A stretch of DNA of 64,000 bases. It comes from Candidatus Poseidoniia archaeon (GTDB lineage: Archaea > Thermoplasmatota > Poseidoniia > MGIII > CG-Epi1). A model generated the notes under the pieces. The model searched no databases and was not told where the DNA came from. It was given only the letters and a program-made list of their open reading frames with translations. Below, one piece after another: positions 9,639-19,088 of this stretch. The translations under genes and the position numbers were made by a program. Each line of letters starts with the position of its first letter. The first letter of the stretch is position 1. Where the stretch lies: NCBI GenBank assembly GCA_030754655.1, contig JASLZX010000004.1, positions 30,095 to 94,094 on the forward strand. The letters run 5' to 3'.

Positions 9639-10300
9639 GCGACCTCGCCCATGTCGTGAATCTCGCCGTCGGACATCCCCGCTAGGCCATCCAAGTCTGC
9701 CCACCACGCCGGCAGCAGCCGCTCGGCAATCAGCCGGAACCACGGGCCGACGGGCTCGCTATCGAGCAGTTCGCGTAGCTCGGCCTCAGTCACCCAGCGC
9801 GCCTCGGCAATCTCGTTGGGGTTCGGCCGCGGCGTCACGTCCGCCCGCAGGCAGATGATGTGGTCCATTTCGTGCTCGACCCATTCCGCGTCGGCGCGGG
9901 CGCGGTAGAGCATGCGCGTCATGAAGACCATCCGCTCTAGTGGCGTGTCCTTCGGGGGGACGCCCAGCTCCTGCTCCAGCTTGCGCTGCGCGGCGCGCTT
10001 GACGCCGAGCGCATCGCGCTCTTCCAGCTCCGCTGCGCGGTGCAGTGGATGGCTGCAGCAGCTGTTGGCCCAGACGCCGGGAAAGGTGATTTTCCCCGGC
10101 GACCGTTGCTGGAGCAGCAAGCGGCCACGCGAGTCGAAAATCAGCAGGCTGAAGGCGCGGTGCAGCTGCCCCGCTCCGTGGTGGCACTCGACCTTGCTCG
10201 CACCGCCCAGCACCGTGTCGCGCTCGTCGACGAGGATGCACTCTTCGGACATCAGCGCGACCTGTTCTGCGTCGTGCCCCGCGAGCGGCTCCGTCTCCAT
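9629..10300 (-). CDS. idi: Isopentenyl-diphosphate delta-isomerase, type 1 (Nudix family)
   Basis: Nudix-like core with conserved Cys and Glu (GVWANSCCSHP...EW). It sits adjacent to the GGPP synthase gene. Confidence 0.85.
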   Translation of the reverse strand: METEPLAGHDAEQVALMSEECILVDERDTVLGGASKVECHHGAGQLHRAFSLLIFDSRGRLLLQQRSPGKITFPGVWANSCCSHPLHRAAELEERDALGVKRAAQRKLEQELGVPPKDTPLERMVFMTRMLYRARADAEWVEHEMDHIICLRADVTPRPNPNEIAEARWVTEAELRELLDSEPVGPWFRLIAERLLPAWWADLDGLAGMSDGEIHDMGEVAWS

Positions 10301-10376
10301 GCTGTCCGGCAGGTGGCACCGCTATAAAGGCAGTCGGCGGCCCAACCGCTATAATGCAGTCGCGAATGCGCCGTGC

Positions 10377-11891
10377 ATGGGTAGGCTCGACTTCCTCGCG
10401 GAGCTGGGAATAGAAGCGGAAAACGCGGGCGGCTACGCCGCGAATTGGTGCGGTGCCGGCTCCCTGCTCGAGTCGGTCGCGCCGGCCGACGAGTCGGTCA
10501 TTGCCAGCGTACGTCAGTGCGACGCAGGCGACTACGAGACCATCATGGCCAACGCCGTCCGTGCGTTCGCCTGCTGGCGTCTCGAGCCGGCGCCCGCGCG
10601 GGGCGAAGTGGTGCGGCAGCTGGGCAACGAGCTGCGGAAGCACAAGGTAGCGCTCGGCAAGCTGATTGCGTGGGAGATGGGCAAAATCCAGGCCGAAGGC
10701 GAAGGCGAAGTGCAGGAGATGATAGATATCGCCGACTTCGCCGTCGGCCTCAGCCGGCAGCTCTACGGCAAAACCATGCACTCCGAGCGGCCACGCCATC
10801 GCATGTATGAGCAGTGGCATCCGCTCGGTATCGTCGGCGTCATCACTGCCTTCAACTTCCCCGGCGCGGTCTGGGCCTGGAACGCGATGATTGCCGCTGT
10901 CTGCGGCGACGTGATGGTCTGGAAGCCCTCCTCAAAGACGCCGCTCACCGCCGTGGCCATCCAGCACATCGTCAACCGCGTCCTCGAGCCGTTCGGCTGG
11001 AACGGCGTCATGTCGCTGCTGGTCGGCTCGAGCCGCGACGTCGGCGAACTGCTGGTCCACGACCGACGTGCGCCGCTGATTTCGGCTACCGGCTCGTGCC
11101 ACATGGGACGCAAGGTGGGCGGCGCGGTCGCGCAGCGGCTCGGCCGCACGCTGCTCGAGCTGGGCGGCAACAACGGTATCATCGCGCTCGCGGACGCCGA
11201 CCCGGAGCTGCTGCTGCGCGGCGTCCTGTTCGGCGCGGTCGGCACCGCCGGCCAGCGCTGCACCAGCACGCGACGCCTCTTCCTGCACCGCGACATCGCC
11301 GGCGACATCACCGAGCGGCTGGTCAGGGCCTACGGACAGGTGGACATCGGCGACCCGCTCGACCCCGCGACGCTGATGGGGCCGCTGGTCGACGGCGACG
11401 CGGTCGAGACCTACAGCACGGCGCTTGAGACCATCAAGGAGCAGGGCGGCGAGGTCTTGTGCGGCGGCAGCGTGCTCGACCAGCCGGGACACTATGTCGA
11501 ACCGACAATCGTCAAGGCTAAGCCAAGCATGGAAATCGTGGGAGACGAGACCTTTGCGCCCATCCTCTACCTGTTCGAGTTCGACTCACTCGAGGAGGCA
11601 ATCGCGATGCACAACTCGGTCGACCAGGGGCTATCGTCGTCAATATTCACCCGCGACATGCAGTCAGTCGAGCGCTTCCTGTCGGCCGCCGGCAGCGATT
11701 GCGGTATCGCCAACGTCAATATTGGCACGAGCGGCGCCGAAATCGGCGGCGCGTTCGGCGGCGAGAAAGACACCGGCGGCGGCCGCGAAGCCGGCAGCGA
11801 CTCGTGGAAGGCATACATGCGCCGGCAGACCAACACGCTCAACTGGAGCGACGAGCTGCCGCTGGCGCAGGGCATCCAGTTCGGGGATTAG
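10377..11891 (+). CDS. Aldehyde dehydrogenase, ALDH7 (antiquitin / alpha-aminoadipic semialdehyde dehydrogenase) type
   Basis: Long near-identity runs to ALDH7A1: [90 protein letters not shown]. The 155 aa upstream of ATG 10377 in the track ORF are junk. Confidence 0.85.
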   Translation: [504 protein letters not shown]

Positions 11892-11902
11892 TTGGACTAG
11901 CC

Positions 11903-12334
11903 TTAGCTCTTTCTAACTTCTTCTCTACGGTATCTGCAGTTTAGATGGATAGCTGTAATCCCTTCGGGAATGTCTAGAGAAATAGGTGAACCCCACTTAA
12001 TCCAAATGGCTTCTAATCCCTCTATTCTACAGTAATTTAATTTCTGGACCGACCATTTTTTATTTCCTCTATCAATCTCGACTACTATATCTGGGCCATC
12101 AAATCTTTCTATGTAAACGTCAACAACTCCCTGATACACTCTTCCAGATTTCGTCGTTCTGTATGCTTTGATATAATATTCTAATCTTGGATTCCAACCA
12201 TTATTTTTTGCCCAGCGGTAAATAAAATCAGTAATAATGGCTGTAATATCTGAAGCCTTTTCCGCATCCAATTCGAGATTGTTTAACCCCAATTCCAAAT
12301 CAGCAATATTGTATGACATATTATCAAAGCGCAT
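11903..12334 (-). CDS. Hypothetical protein encoded in a ~440-bp AT-rich islet (about 38% GC against about 65% flanks)
   Basis: Intact 143-aa ORF with no recognisable family. A possible weak PD-(D/E)xK-like stretch GPDIVVEIDRGNKK is present. The sharp compositional shift is visible directly in the sequence. Confidence 0.45.
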   Translation of the reverse strand: MRFDNMSYNIADLELGLNNLELDAEKASDITAIITDFIYRWAKNNGWNPRLEYYIKAYRTTKSGRVYQGVVDVYIERFDGPDIVVEIDRGNKKWSVQKLNYCRIEGLEAIWIKWGSPISLDIPEGITAIHLNCRYRREEVRKS

Positions 12335-14024
12335 AACACTCCGTCAGCGGAATCATGTCAAACAGCTCGATCCAGTTCTGCGAGTTGTGCGTGTCAGATG
12401 AGTCTGGGAATACTTCCCGCACGATTTCCTCGCCCTGGTCAAGCAGCTCCTGCATCTCTTCCGGGAGCGGGACCGGGTCGGGATTCTGGTCATTTACAGT
12501 CTCGCCTTGTACCATAGCGATGCCCATGGCGATGACCAGTAGGTTCAGCTCCGGCACCTTCCACGCCTCGCCGATGTAGCGTGACTCGGCTCCCTGCGTT
12601 AGGTTGTAGTTCAGGGCGCCGACTCCTTCGTTCCATGCCTCGGCTGTGCCGTTGTAGATTATGTACTGCGTCTGGTACCCCTGAGTGGTGGTACGGGTGC
12701 CGTTGAGCACCTGCGCGGTCAGGTTGACGCGTTGCTCCATGGCTTGTTCGTGAAACTGTTGGTCCAATATTTCCAGCATATTCGCCTCCTCAAGGTCGAA
12801 TGGCATTTTGATGGCGACGAGAACCAGAAAAGCCGGATACCCATCTTCCTCGTCATGCTCGTCTTCAGCGTCATCTATGTAGAATGTGATATGGATGTCC
12901 GCTAGCCCCAGCCCCATTGTCTCGGTCTGCTGGAATACCTTCACCCAGCCATTGCCGCCGTCGCCCTGCACTGCGGAGTGCGGCAGCGACGCGCTGGCGC
13001 CTTCGTAAAGGCCGGTCAGCGCTAGCGACGGGACCACCAGCAACAGCCCGATGACGACCGCAGTCACCGACCTCAAGGCGATGCGCCAGCGCGGTCCCGG
13101 CAGGCCAGCCGCCACCTTGCCGGCGAGCGCGACGATGACCGCCAGCGCGAACAGGAACAGGAACGGCCGCAGGTTCGCTATCCAGAGCGCCCACAGGAAG
13201 CCGAGCGCCAGCAGTCCTGCAGCACCCCAGCCGCCCACTTCGGCGGCGCGCCACTTGCGGCCGAGCGCCCAGAACTCCCAGCGCGCCGGGAACACCGGCA
13301 TCCGCAGCTTGCGCAGGCTCCAGTACCAGCCCCGCTCGAGCCAGCCCGGTTTTGGTGGTCGCTCGGCGAGCCGGTTGCGGGTACGGCGGTTCCACCAGCG
13401 CCAGTAGCTACCGGCAGCCCAGAGCAGCGACAGCAGCACCCAGAAGCCGGCGCTGCCGCCGAAGGTCCCGGCATACCACGCAATCCACGCAACCGTGAGC
13501 GAGAAATGGCCGCTGCGCCGTGGCCCCGACTCGTTCTCGCCCCAGTCGGCTGCCTCACCGTCGGGGCCGAGCACCAGATGCCGCTTCTCCTTCTCCACCT
13601 CCGCCTCGACGATGGCGCGCTCGCCCTCGGGGGTCAGCGCCATCACCGTGTTGAGTCGCAGGTTGTCGACCAGGTCATCGAGCATCTCCGGTTCGGCGAA
13701 GAGCAGCCAGCGACGCGACGGGGTGCCGACGACCAGCGCCTCGGTGCGGATGTAGTACCAGAGCGCAATCAGGAACGGCGACGCGAGCCACCCCAGCCAC
13801 GGGAACAGGCAGAGCAGCAACCACGCCGGTGAGAACCTGGGCCGCAGCCCGCGCGAAAGGTAGTCGATGCGGCTGGTGTCGATATCCCACAGCTCGTTGC
13901 GCGAGCCGATGAAGAGCCGCCTGTTCGTCAGGAACGCCGACCATCCGCGGCGGCGGTCAACCTTCAATGCTGGATACTCCTTCAGGAACTCCTCGCCCGG
14001 CAGGAATCGCTCTTGCAGGTCCAC
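12324..14024 (-). CDS. Hypothetical polytopic membrane protein with an N-terminal bacterial-PH-like (YdbT/DUF304-like) region and an acidic C-terminal extracytoplasmic domain
   Basis: 566-aa ORF with a GTG start. It has multiple hydrophobic helices rich in W/R and the local GC typical of the host. Confidence 0.55.
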   Translation of the reverse strand: MDLQERFLPGEEFLKEYPALKVDRRRGWSAFLTNRRLFIGSRNELWDIDTSRIDYLSRGLRPRFSPAWLLLCLFPWLGWLASPFLIALWYYIRTEALVVGTPSRRWLLFAEPEMLDDLVDNLRLNTVMALTPEGERAIVEAEVEKEKRHLVLGPDGEAADWGENESGPRRSGHFSLTVAWIAWYAGTFGGSAGFWVLLSLLWAAGSYWRWWNRRTRNRLAERPPKPGWLERGWYWSLRKLRMPVFPARWEFWALGRKWRAAEVGGWGAAGLLALGFLWALWIANLRPFLFLFALAVIVALAGKVAAGLPGPRWRIALRSVTAVVIGLLLVVPSLALTGLYEGASASLPHSAVQGDGGNGWVKVFQQTETMGLGLADIHITFYIDDAEDEHDEEDGYPAFLVLVAIKMPFDLEEANMLEILDQQFHEQAMEQRVNLTAQVLNGTRTTTQGYQTQYIIYNGTAEAWNEGVGALNYNLTQGAESRYIGEAWKVPELNLLVIAMGIAMVQGETVNDQNPDPVPLPEEMQELLDQGEEIVREVFPDSSDTHNSQNWIELFDMIPLTECYAL

Positions 14025-14145
14025 GGCGCCGGAGAGATACAGAGGTATTTAGGTTCGCAGTTGCATGTCGCTCTACGCGAGTCGTAAGCCGGGAGTCATT
14101 GTCTGGGGCTAAAACTTAAGTAATCGTCCACTATGTGAGGCTTCC

Positions 14146-14598
14146 GTGGTACCTCCCGTAGTACCGCCACCGCCGCCTCCACAGCAACAGATGGAGCCAC
14201 CACCAGTGGCATATCAAGCGCCGGGAGGCGTGATGCAGTATGGCACTCCAAGAAAACCTGTGATGGTTATACTTTACAGTATATTAACGCTGGGCATTTA
14301 TAGCTTATATTGGAATTATCAAATTGCAGAAGAAAACAAGAATGTGGCGGGAGTAGGCCCTGGTGGTTTGGTGCATCTGTTACTGATGTTCATACCTTTC
14401 GCAAATATATACAGAGTAATCATGATAACTGCTGAAACCGGGGAAATGCAAGCACTAAATGGCATGCCAAAAACCGTCTCGGGATTAACCTTTTTCTGGA
14501 TTTTTTTACCATTACTGGGAGGTTTTGTACGGCTCTTTAAGTTACAAAACGCAGTAAATAGTGTATGGTATTTGAAAGGTGCTCCAAGAACATTCTAA
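14146..14598 (+). CDS. DUF4234-like small membrane protein with a Pro-rich N-terminus
   Basis: PPVVPPPPPPQQQMEPPP is followed by the hallmark GIYSLYWNYQ motif of DUF4234 and two or three TM helices. It lies in a low-GC stretch; the start codon is uncertain (GTG or an internal ATG). Confidence 0.5.
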   Translation: MVPPVVPPPPPPQQQMEPPPVAYQAPGGVMQYGTPRKPVMVILYSILTLGIYSLYWNYQIAEENKNVAGVGPGGLVHLLLMFIPFANIYRVIMITAETGEMQALNGMPKTVSGLTFFWIFLPLLGGFVRLFKLQNAVNSVWYLKGAPRTF

Positions 14599-14636
14599 CA
14601 CCCTGATAATTTAGCAAAAAAGGACTGATTAAGAAA

Positions 14637-14656
14637 ATCGCACCACCTGGTGCGAT
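14637..14656. repeat. Perfect 20-bp palindrome ATCGCACCACCTGGTGCGAT between the DUF4234 gene and the peptidase gene
   Basis: Read directly from the sequence. It is self-complementary over all 20 nt. Confidence 0.8.
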
Positions 14657-15594
14657 ATTTAACACCCCTTCACTCCCGTACCGTGGAACCGCTCGACGGG
14701 ATACGGCTCGCGATTGGCGCCGCGGCGCTCGGCTACGGCGCCTGGAGCGACTGGCAGACGCGGCGCGTCCCCGACCGCACCTGGCAGCTCGCCGGTGGGG
14801 CCGGGCTGGCGCTGCTCGCGGCCGAGCTGTGGCAGGCGCAAGCGAGCGCCGGCACGTGGGGGCTCGCGCTTGCCGTTGGCGTGCTGTTCTGGTATTCCCA
14901 GATTGACGACGAGGCTATCTACGGCCGCGAGCTTACGGCATGGCGCGCGGCGCAAGTGGCGGGCGTGGCCGGGATGGGTTACTTCGCGCTCTTCGAGGGA
15001 TGGGACGCGCTGCTCGCGAGCGGTCAAGCGGTCGACCTGGTCGCGGCGCTGGCGCTGATGGTAATGATGTACGGTTGGTATTACTTTGGCCCGACCATCG
15101 GCGGCGCCGACGTCAAGGCGTTGCTGACGGTGGCGGTGCTGGTGCCGTTCGCCCCCGACGCGGGCGCTACGCTGTACGCCTTCGGCGACCAGGGATTTCC
15201 GTTCCCGTGGGTCGTGTTCATGAATTCGCTACTGCTCTATCTAGCCATCCCGGTTGGGCTGCTGGCGTGGAATATTGCACATGGTGACCTGGAAAAGCCG
15301 TGGCTGCAGGCACTTCTCGGCGTCCGCATGCCACTCGCACAGGCGCGCGACAGCTACGTCTGGCCGATGACGCGCGTCGTCGGCGGCCGCACCGTGCTGG
15401 CGCCGATGGTCCAGCGCGGGCTGGACCTCCCGGCTGAGTGGGACGCGCTCGACGTTGCGGACATTGAGCGCCCATGGGTCAGCCTGAAGATTCCCTACAT
15501 CATCCCGCTCTTCGGCGCGTTCCTGCTCGCTGCGTTCGTCGGCGATCTCTTCTCGGAATTGCTGGTCGCGCCGCTCGGCGAGCTATTCCAGTAG
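14650..15594 (+). CDS. Type IV prepilin / preflagellin peptidase (A24 family, FlaK/PibD-like)
   Basis: Polytopic membrane protein with the conserved GGADVKALL catalytic-Asp motif and an N-terminal Asp region. The annotated start is a GTG that overlaps the palindrome, so the true start is uncertain. Confidence 0.75.
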   Translation: MRYLTPLHSRTVEPLDGIRLAIGAAALGYGAWSDWQTRRVPDRTWQLAGGAGLALLAAELWQAQASAGTWGLALAVGVLFWYSQIDDEAIYGRELTAWRAAQVAGVAGMGYFALFEGWDALLASGQAVDLVAALALMVMMYGWYYFGPTIGGADVKALLTVAVLVPFAPDAGATLYAFGDQGFPFPWVVFMNSLLLYLAIPVGLLAWNIAHGDLEKPWLQALLGVRMPLAQARDSYVWPMTRVVGGRTVLAPMVQRGLDLPAEWDALDVADIERPWVSLKIPYIIPLFGAFLLAAFVGDLFSELLVAPLGELFQ

Positions 15595-16113
15595 CGCCGC
15601 TAGCTCCGCCAGCACCATCGCGGTCGCGCCCCACACCTTCTCGTCGCCGAGCGCGAAATAGGGGATGGCAATCGGTTCGCCGCCGAACTCGCGCTGCTCG
15701 CTGCACCGCAAGGCGCCGTCGCGCAGCGCCGCCAGTGGGATGCTGAAGAGCGACGCCACCTCGCGCCCGTCCAGCCGCCATACGGGCTCGCTCGCCAGCG
15801 TCGCGACGACCGGTGTGACCCGGAAGCGTGAGATCGGGATGGGGAGCGGCGACAGCCGCCCCAGCAGCTCCGTGTCGGCTGGTGCAAGGCCGGTCTCCTC
15901 CTGCGTTTCGCGCAGTGCGCCCGCTTCCGGGCTCTCACCAGACTCTAGCGCGCCGCCCGGCAGCGCCACCTGCCCGGCGTGGATGCCCTCGTCGTCGGTG
16001 CGTACAATCAGTGGCAGCCGCCAAGCCCCGTCGCGCGGGAAGAGCGCCAGCAGTACCGCCGCGTCGCGGTAGCCTGCCATATCGGGGGGAAACGCGCGAT
16101 TGCCCGGCGCCAT
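15583..16113 (-). CDS. Nudix hydrolase, CoA pyrophosphatase-like
   Basis: Nudix box GGALESGESPEAGALRETQEETGL with an upstream AAVLLAL motif typical of CoAses. Everything upstream of ATG 16113 in the 511-aa track ORF is Arg/Ala junk. Confidence 0.75.
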   Translation of the reverse strand: MAPGNRAFPPDMAGYRDAAVLLALFPRDGAWRLPLIVRTDDEGIHAGQVALPGGALESGESPEAGALRETQEETGLAPADTELLGRLSPLPIPISRFRVTPVVATLASEPVWRLDGREVASLFSIPLAALRDGALRCSEQREFGGEPIAIPYFALGDEKVWGATAMVLAELAALLE

Positions 16114-16175
16114 ATCGCGCCACGCGGCGACCCCCGGTAGCGAACCGGCGAGCCGGGCGCGCAGCGCAGCCGGCT

Positions 16176-17639
16176 TCACGCTTCGGCCATGTCTGCCAGC
16201 AGCGCCAGCAGCAGGTTCCAGAACTTGGCGACGGTGGGAATCTCGACCCGCTCGTCGGGCGAGTGGGCACCGGTAATCGTCGGGCCGAACGAGACCATGT
16301 CCATCCCCGGGACGCGCTCGCCGATGACGCCGCACTCGAGCCCGGCGTGAATTGCCCCGACTTCGGGCTCCTCGCCCAGCTGCTCGGCGTAGATGCGCTT
16401 CAGCCGCTTCAGCACCGGCGACGCGGGGTTGGGCTGCCAGCCGGGATAGCTGCTGCTCCGCGTCGCGGTCGCGCCGCAGAGCGCCGCGATGGTCGCGATG
16501 CGTCCGCGTACGTCCTCCAGCGCCTCCATGATGGATGAGCGTGACGAGCAGACGATGCGGTAGCTGTCCCCGTCGGCAGCCACCGACGCTAGGTTGTTCG
16601 ACGTCTCGACCAGTCCGGGGATGGCGTGCGAATACTTCAGCACGCCGTGTGGCAGCGCCCGCAGCAGCCCCAGCAGGCTGCCCTGCGCGCCGGCGGAGAG
16701 ACACTCCGCCGGCGCGTCGTCCAGCCCTGAAAGCGTGACGCGCATTCCTGTCTCGAGCGTGCCGAACTCCGCCTGCAGCGCTGCGGTGCGGGCGCCGACC
16801 GCAATCTGCGCGTCGGCCATCGCCTCCGGCGGCAGCAGCAGGGTCGCGAATGCCTCGCGCGGAATCGCGTTGGTCTTGTCGCCCCCTCGGACCGAGACGA
16901 GCCGCGCGCCTATTGTGGCGAGCGGCTCGAGCAGCGACGCCAGCAGCACGATGGCGTTGGCGCGGTATTCGTGGATGTTGACCCCCGAATGACCACCCAT
17001 CAGTCCCTCGACCGAAAGCTGGAAGCTCAGGTAATCGCCAGGCGACGCCTCCCGGGAAACCGGCAGCGCCAGCTCGCTGTCGCCGCCGCCCGCGCAGCCG
17101 ATGCAGATGGCCCCCCACTCCTCGGTATCAAGGTTCAGCAGCGTCCGCCCCTGCAGCAGTGCACCGTCGAGCGCGAACGCCCCCGTCAGCCCGGTCTCCT
17201 CGTCGACGGTGAACAAGCACTCCAAAGGCGGCAGCCGCGCATTGGCCGCCATCTCGAGCAGCGCCAGCGCGGTCGCGACGCCGATGCCGTTGTCCGCCCC
17301 CAAGGTAGTCCCGTCGGCGGTGAGCCAGTCACCGTCGCGCAGTAGCCGGATGGGGTCGCGGTTGAAATCGTGCTCGACGTCGGAATTCTTCTCGCAGACC
17401 ATGTCGACGTGCGACTGGATGACGACCGTCGGCGCCGACTCGCCACCACCGCTGCCGGGGCGACGCACGCCGATATTGCCCACCTCATCCTGTTGCCACT
17501 CAAGGCTGCGTGTGTCGGCAAACTCCTTCAGCCACGCCAGCACCTGCTCTTCCTGCTTTGACGGGCGCGGGATGCGGCTCAGCGCCGCAAAATTATCCCA
17601 CAGCGCGGCCGGCTCCAGTCCCGAGATGGCGCTTGCCAT
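16176..17639 (-). CDS. pepD: Aminoacyl-histidine (Xaa-His) dipeptidase, M20C family
   Basis: 487 aa, PepD-like over its full length (HVDMV, DNGIGVA, EETGLTGA, GGHSG). Confidence 0.85.
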   Translation of the reverse strand: MASAISGLEPAALWDNFAALSRIPRPSKQEEQVLAWLKEFADTRSLEWQQDEVGNIGVRRPGSGGGESAPTVVIQSHVDMVCEKNSDVEHDFNRDPIRLLRDGDWLTADGTTLGADNGIGVATALALLEMAANARLPPLECLFTVDEETGLTGAFALDGALLQGRTLLNLDTEEWGAICIGCAGGGDSELALPVSREASPGDYLSFQLSVEGLMGGHSGVNIHEYRANAIVLLASLLEPLATIGARLVSVRGGDKTNAIPREAFATLLLPPEAMADAQIAVGARTAALQAEFGTLETGMRVTLSGLDDAPAECLSAGAQGSLLGLLRALPHGVLKYSHAIPGLVETSNNLASVAADGDSYRIVCSSRSSIMEALEDVRGRIATIAALCGATATRSSSYPGWQPNPASPVLKRLKRIYAEQLGEEPEVGAIHAGLECGVIGERVPGMDMVSFGPTITGAHSPDERVEIPTVAKFWNLLLALLADMAEA

Positions 17640-17675
17640 GCTTGCCCACGGTGCACCGACTTTAAGCCCGCTCCG

Positions 17676-19088
17676 TCAGCCGAGCCGCGCCAGCTCATCC
17701 CACAGCGCCGCACTGGTGCGGATGCCGCCGTAAAGGCAGTCGAGCCGGAAGTGCTCGTTGGGCGAGTGCGGCATGTCCTCCGCCAGCGCGAAGCCGATGA
17801 GCAGCGGCTGCGCCCCCAGCACCGACTGGAAGTCGGCGACGACCGGAATAGTGCCGCCTTCGCGGATGAACGCCGGTTCCGCCCCGAAGCCGGCGCGCAG
17901 CGCGTGCATCGCAGCCTGCACTCCGGGTGAGTCGGTCGGCGTCAATACGGCGGGCGCGCCGGCGAAAACCCGGAGCGTCCAGCGCACGCCGACCGGCAGC
18001 CGTTCCGCGCACGCCCGGCGCAGCGCCGCCTCAATAGCGGCCGGCTCCTGCCGTGGCACCAGCCGGCACGAGAGTTTGGCGGACGCGCAGGCCGGCAGCA
18101 CCGTCTTGGCCCCCTCGCCGGTGTAGCCGCCCCAGATGCCATTCACCTCCAGCGTGGGCCGCGCCCAGCGCCGCTCGAGCGTCGTGAAGCCCGCCTCGCC
18201 GGCGAGGCCGGGGGCGCCTAAACTTTTTAAATATTCATCGTCAGAGAATTCCAGCGCTGCCAAGGCCTCGCGTTCTACCGCTTTCAGCGGCGTAACATCG
18301 TCGTAAAAGCCGGACAGGTTGACGCTGCCGTCGCCGGTGTGCAGCGTTGCGATGAACTCCGCCAGCACGGTCACGGGATTCGGCACCGCGCCGCCGTGCG
18401 TTCCCGAATGCAGGTCGGCGCTGGCCGCAGATATATCGAGCTGGAAATACGCCAACCCGCGCAACCCGTAGGAGACTGCCGGCATCCCGGGCGCGAGCAT
18501 CGGGCCGTCACTCACCACGCCCCATTCGGCACACAGCTCGTCAGCGTGGGTCGCGACGAACTCGCCCAGTGACGGGGAGCCGATTTCCTCCTCGCCCTCG
18601 ATGAGCAGCCGCAGGTTCACCGGCGGTCCACCGGCGACCTCGAACCATCCGCGCAGCGCCGCCAAGTGCGCAAAGAGCTGGCCCTTGTTGTCGCTCGCGC
18701 CTCGGCCGTAGAGCGCGCCGTCGCGCACCGGCTCGGCGTTCCCGCCGACCGCTTCGCCGCTGCCCCAGTTGTCGATGAACGGCGGGCTTTCCCACAGCTC
18801 GAGTGGCTCGGGTGGCTGGACATCGTAGTGGCCGTAGAGCAATACGGTCGGCGCCCTGGCACCGGCGTCGTGGCGCGCGATGATGGCAGGATGCTCCACC
18901 GTCGGGTGGATTTCGGTCTCGAGCCCCATCGCGCGGCAGTAGTCGGCCGCCCAGTCGCACGCGCGCCGCAGGTCGCCGGCGTGCTGTGCCTGCGCCGAGA
19001 TGGACGGAATCGCAGTCCATTCGACCAGCTCCGCAAGATGCTGCTCGCGCCGCTGCTCGAGCAGCTCTAGAATTTCTGGCAGTGCCAT
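17676..19088 (-). CDS. M20 family dipeptidase (PepV/CNDP-like)
   Basis: HYDVQP, GASDNKGQ, EGEEEIGS and a C-terminal HSPNEH motif are characteristic of M20A dipeptidases. Confidence 0.85.
   Translation of the reverse strand: MALPEILELLEQRREQHLAELVEWTAIPSISAQAQHAGDLRRACDWAADYCRAMGLETEIHPTVEHPAIIARHDAGARAPTVLLYGHYDVQPPEPLELWESPPFIDNWGSGEAVGGNAEPVRDGALYGRGASDNKGQLFAHLAALRGWFEVAGGPPVNLRLLIEGEEEIGSPSLGEFVATHADELCAEWGVVSDGPMLAPGMPAVSYGLRGLAYFQLDISAASADLHSGTHGGAVPNPVTVLAEFIATLHTGDGSVNLSGFYDDVTPLKAVEREALAALEFSDDEYLKSLGAPGLAGEAGFTTLERRWARPTLEVNGIWGGYTGEGAKTVLPACASAKLSCRLVPRQEPAAIEAALRRACAERLPVGVRWTLRVFAGAPAVLTPTDSPGVQAAMHALRAGFGAEPAFIREGGTIPVVADFQSVLGAQPLLIGFALAEDMPHSPNEHFRLDCLYGGIRTSAALWDELARLG

Noticed and set aside
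17676-19088. Second M20 peptidase as a duplicate of pepD
   Set aside because: The motifs differ (an M20A PepV/CNDP-like enzyme against an M20C PepD), so they are distinct enzymes rather than a tandem duplicate.
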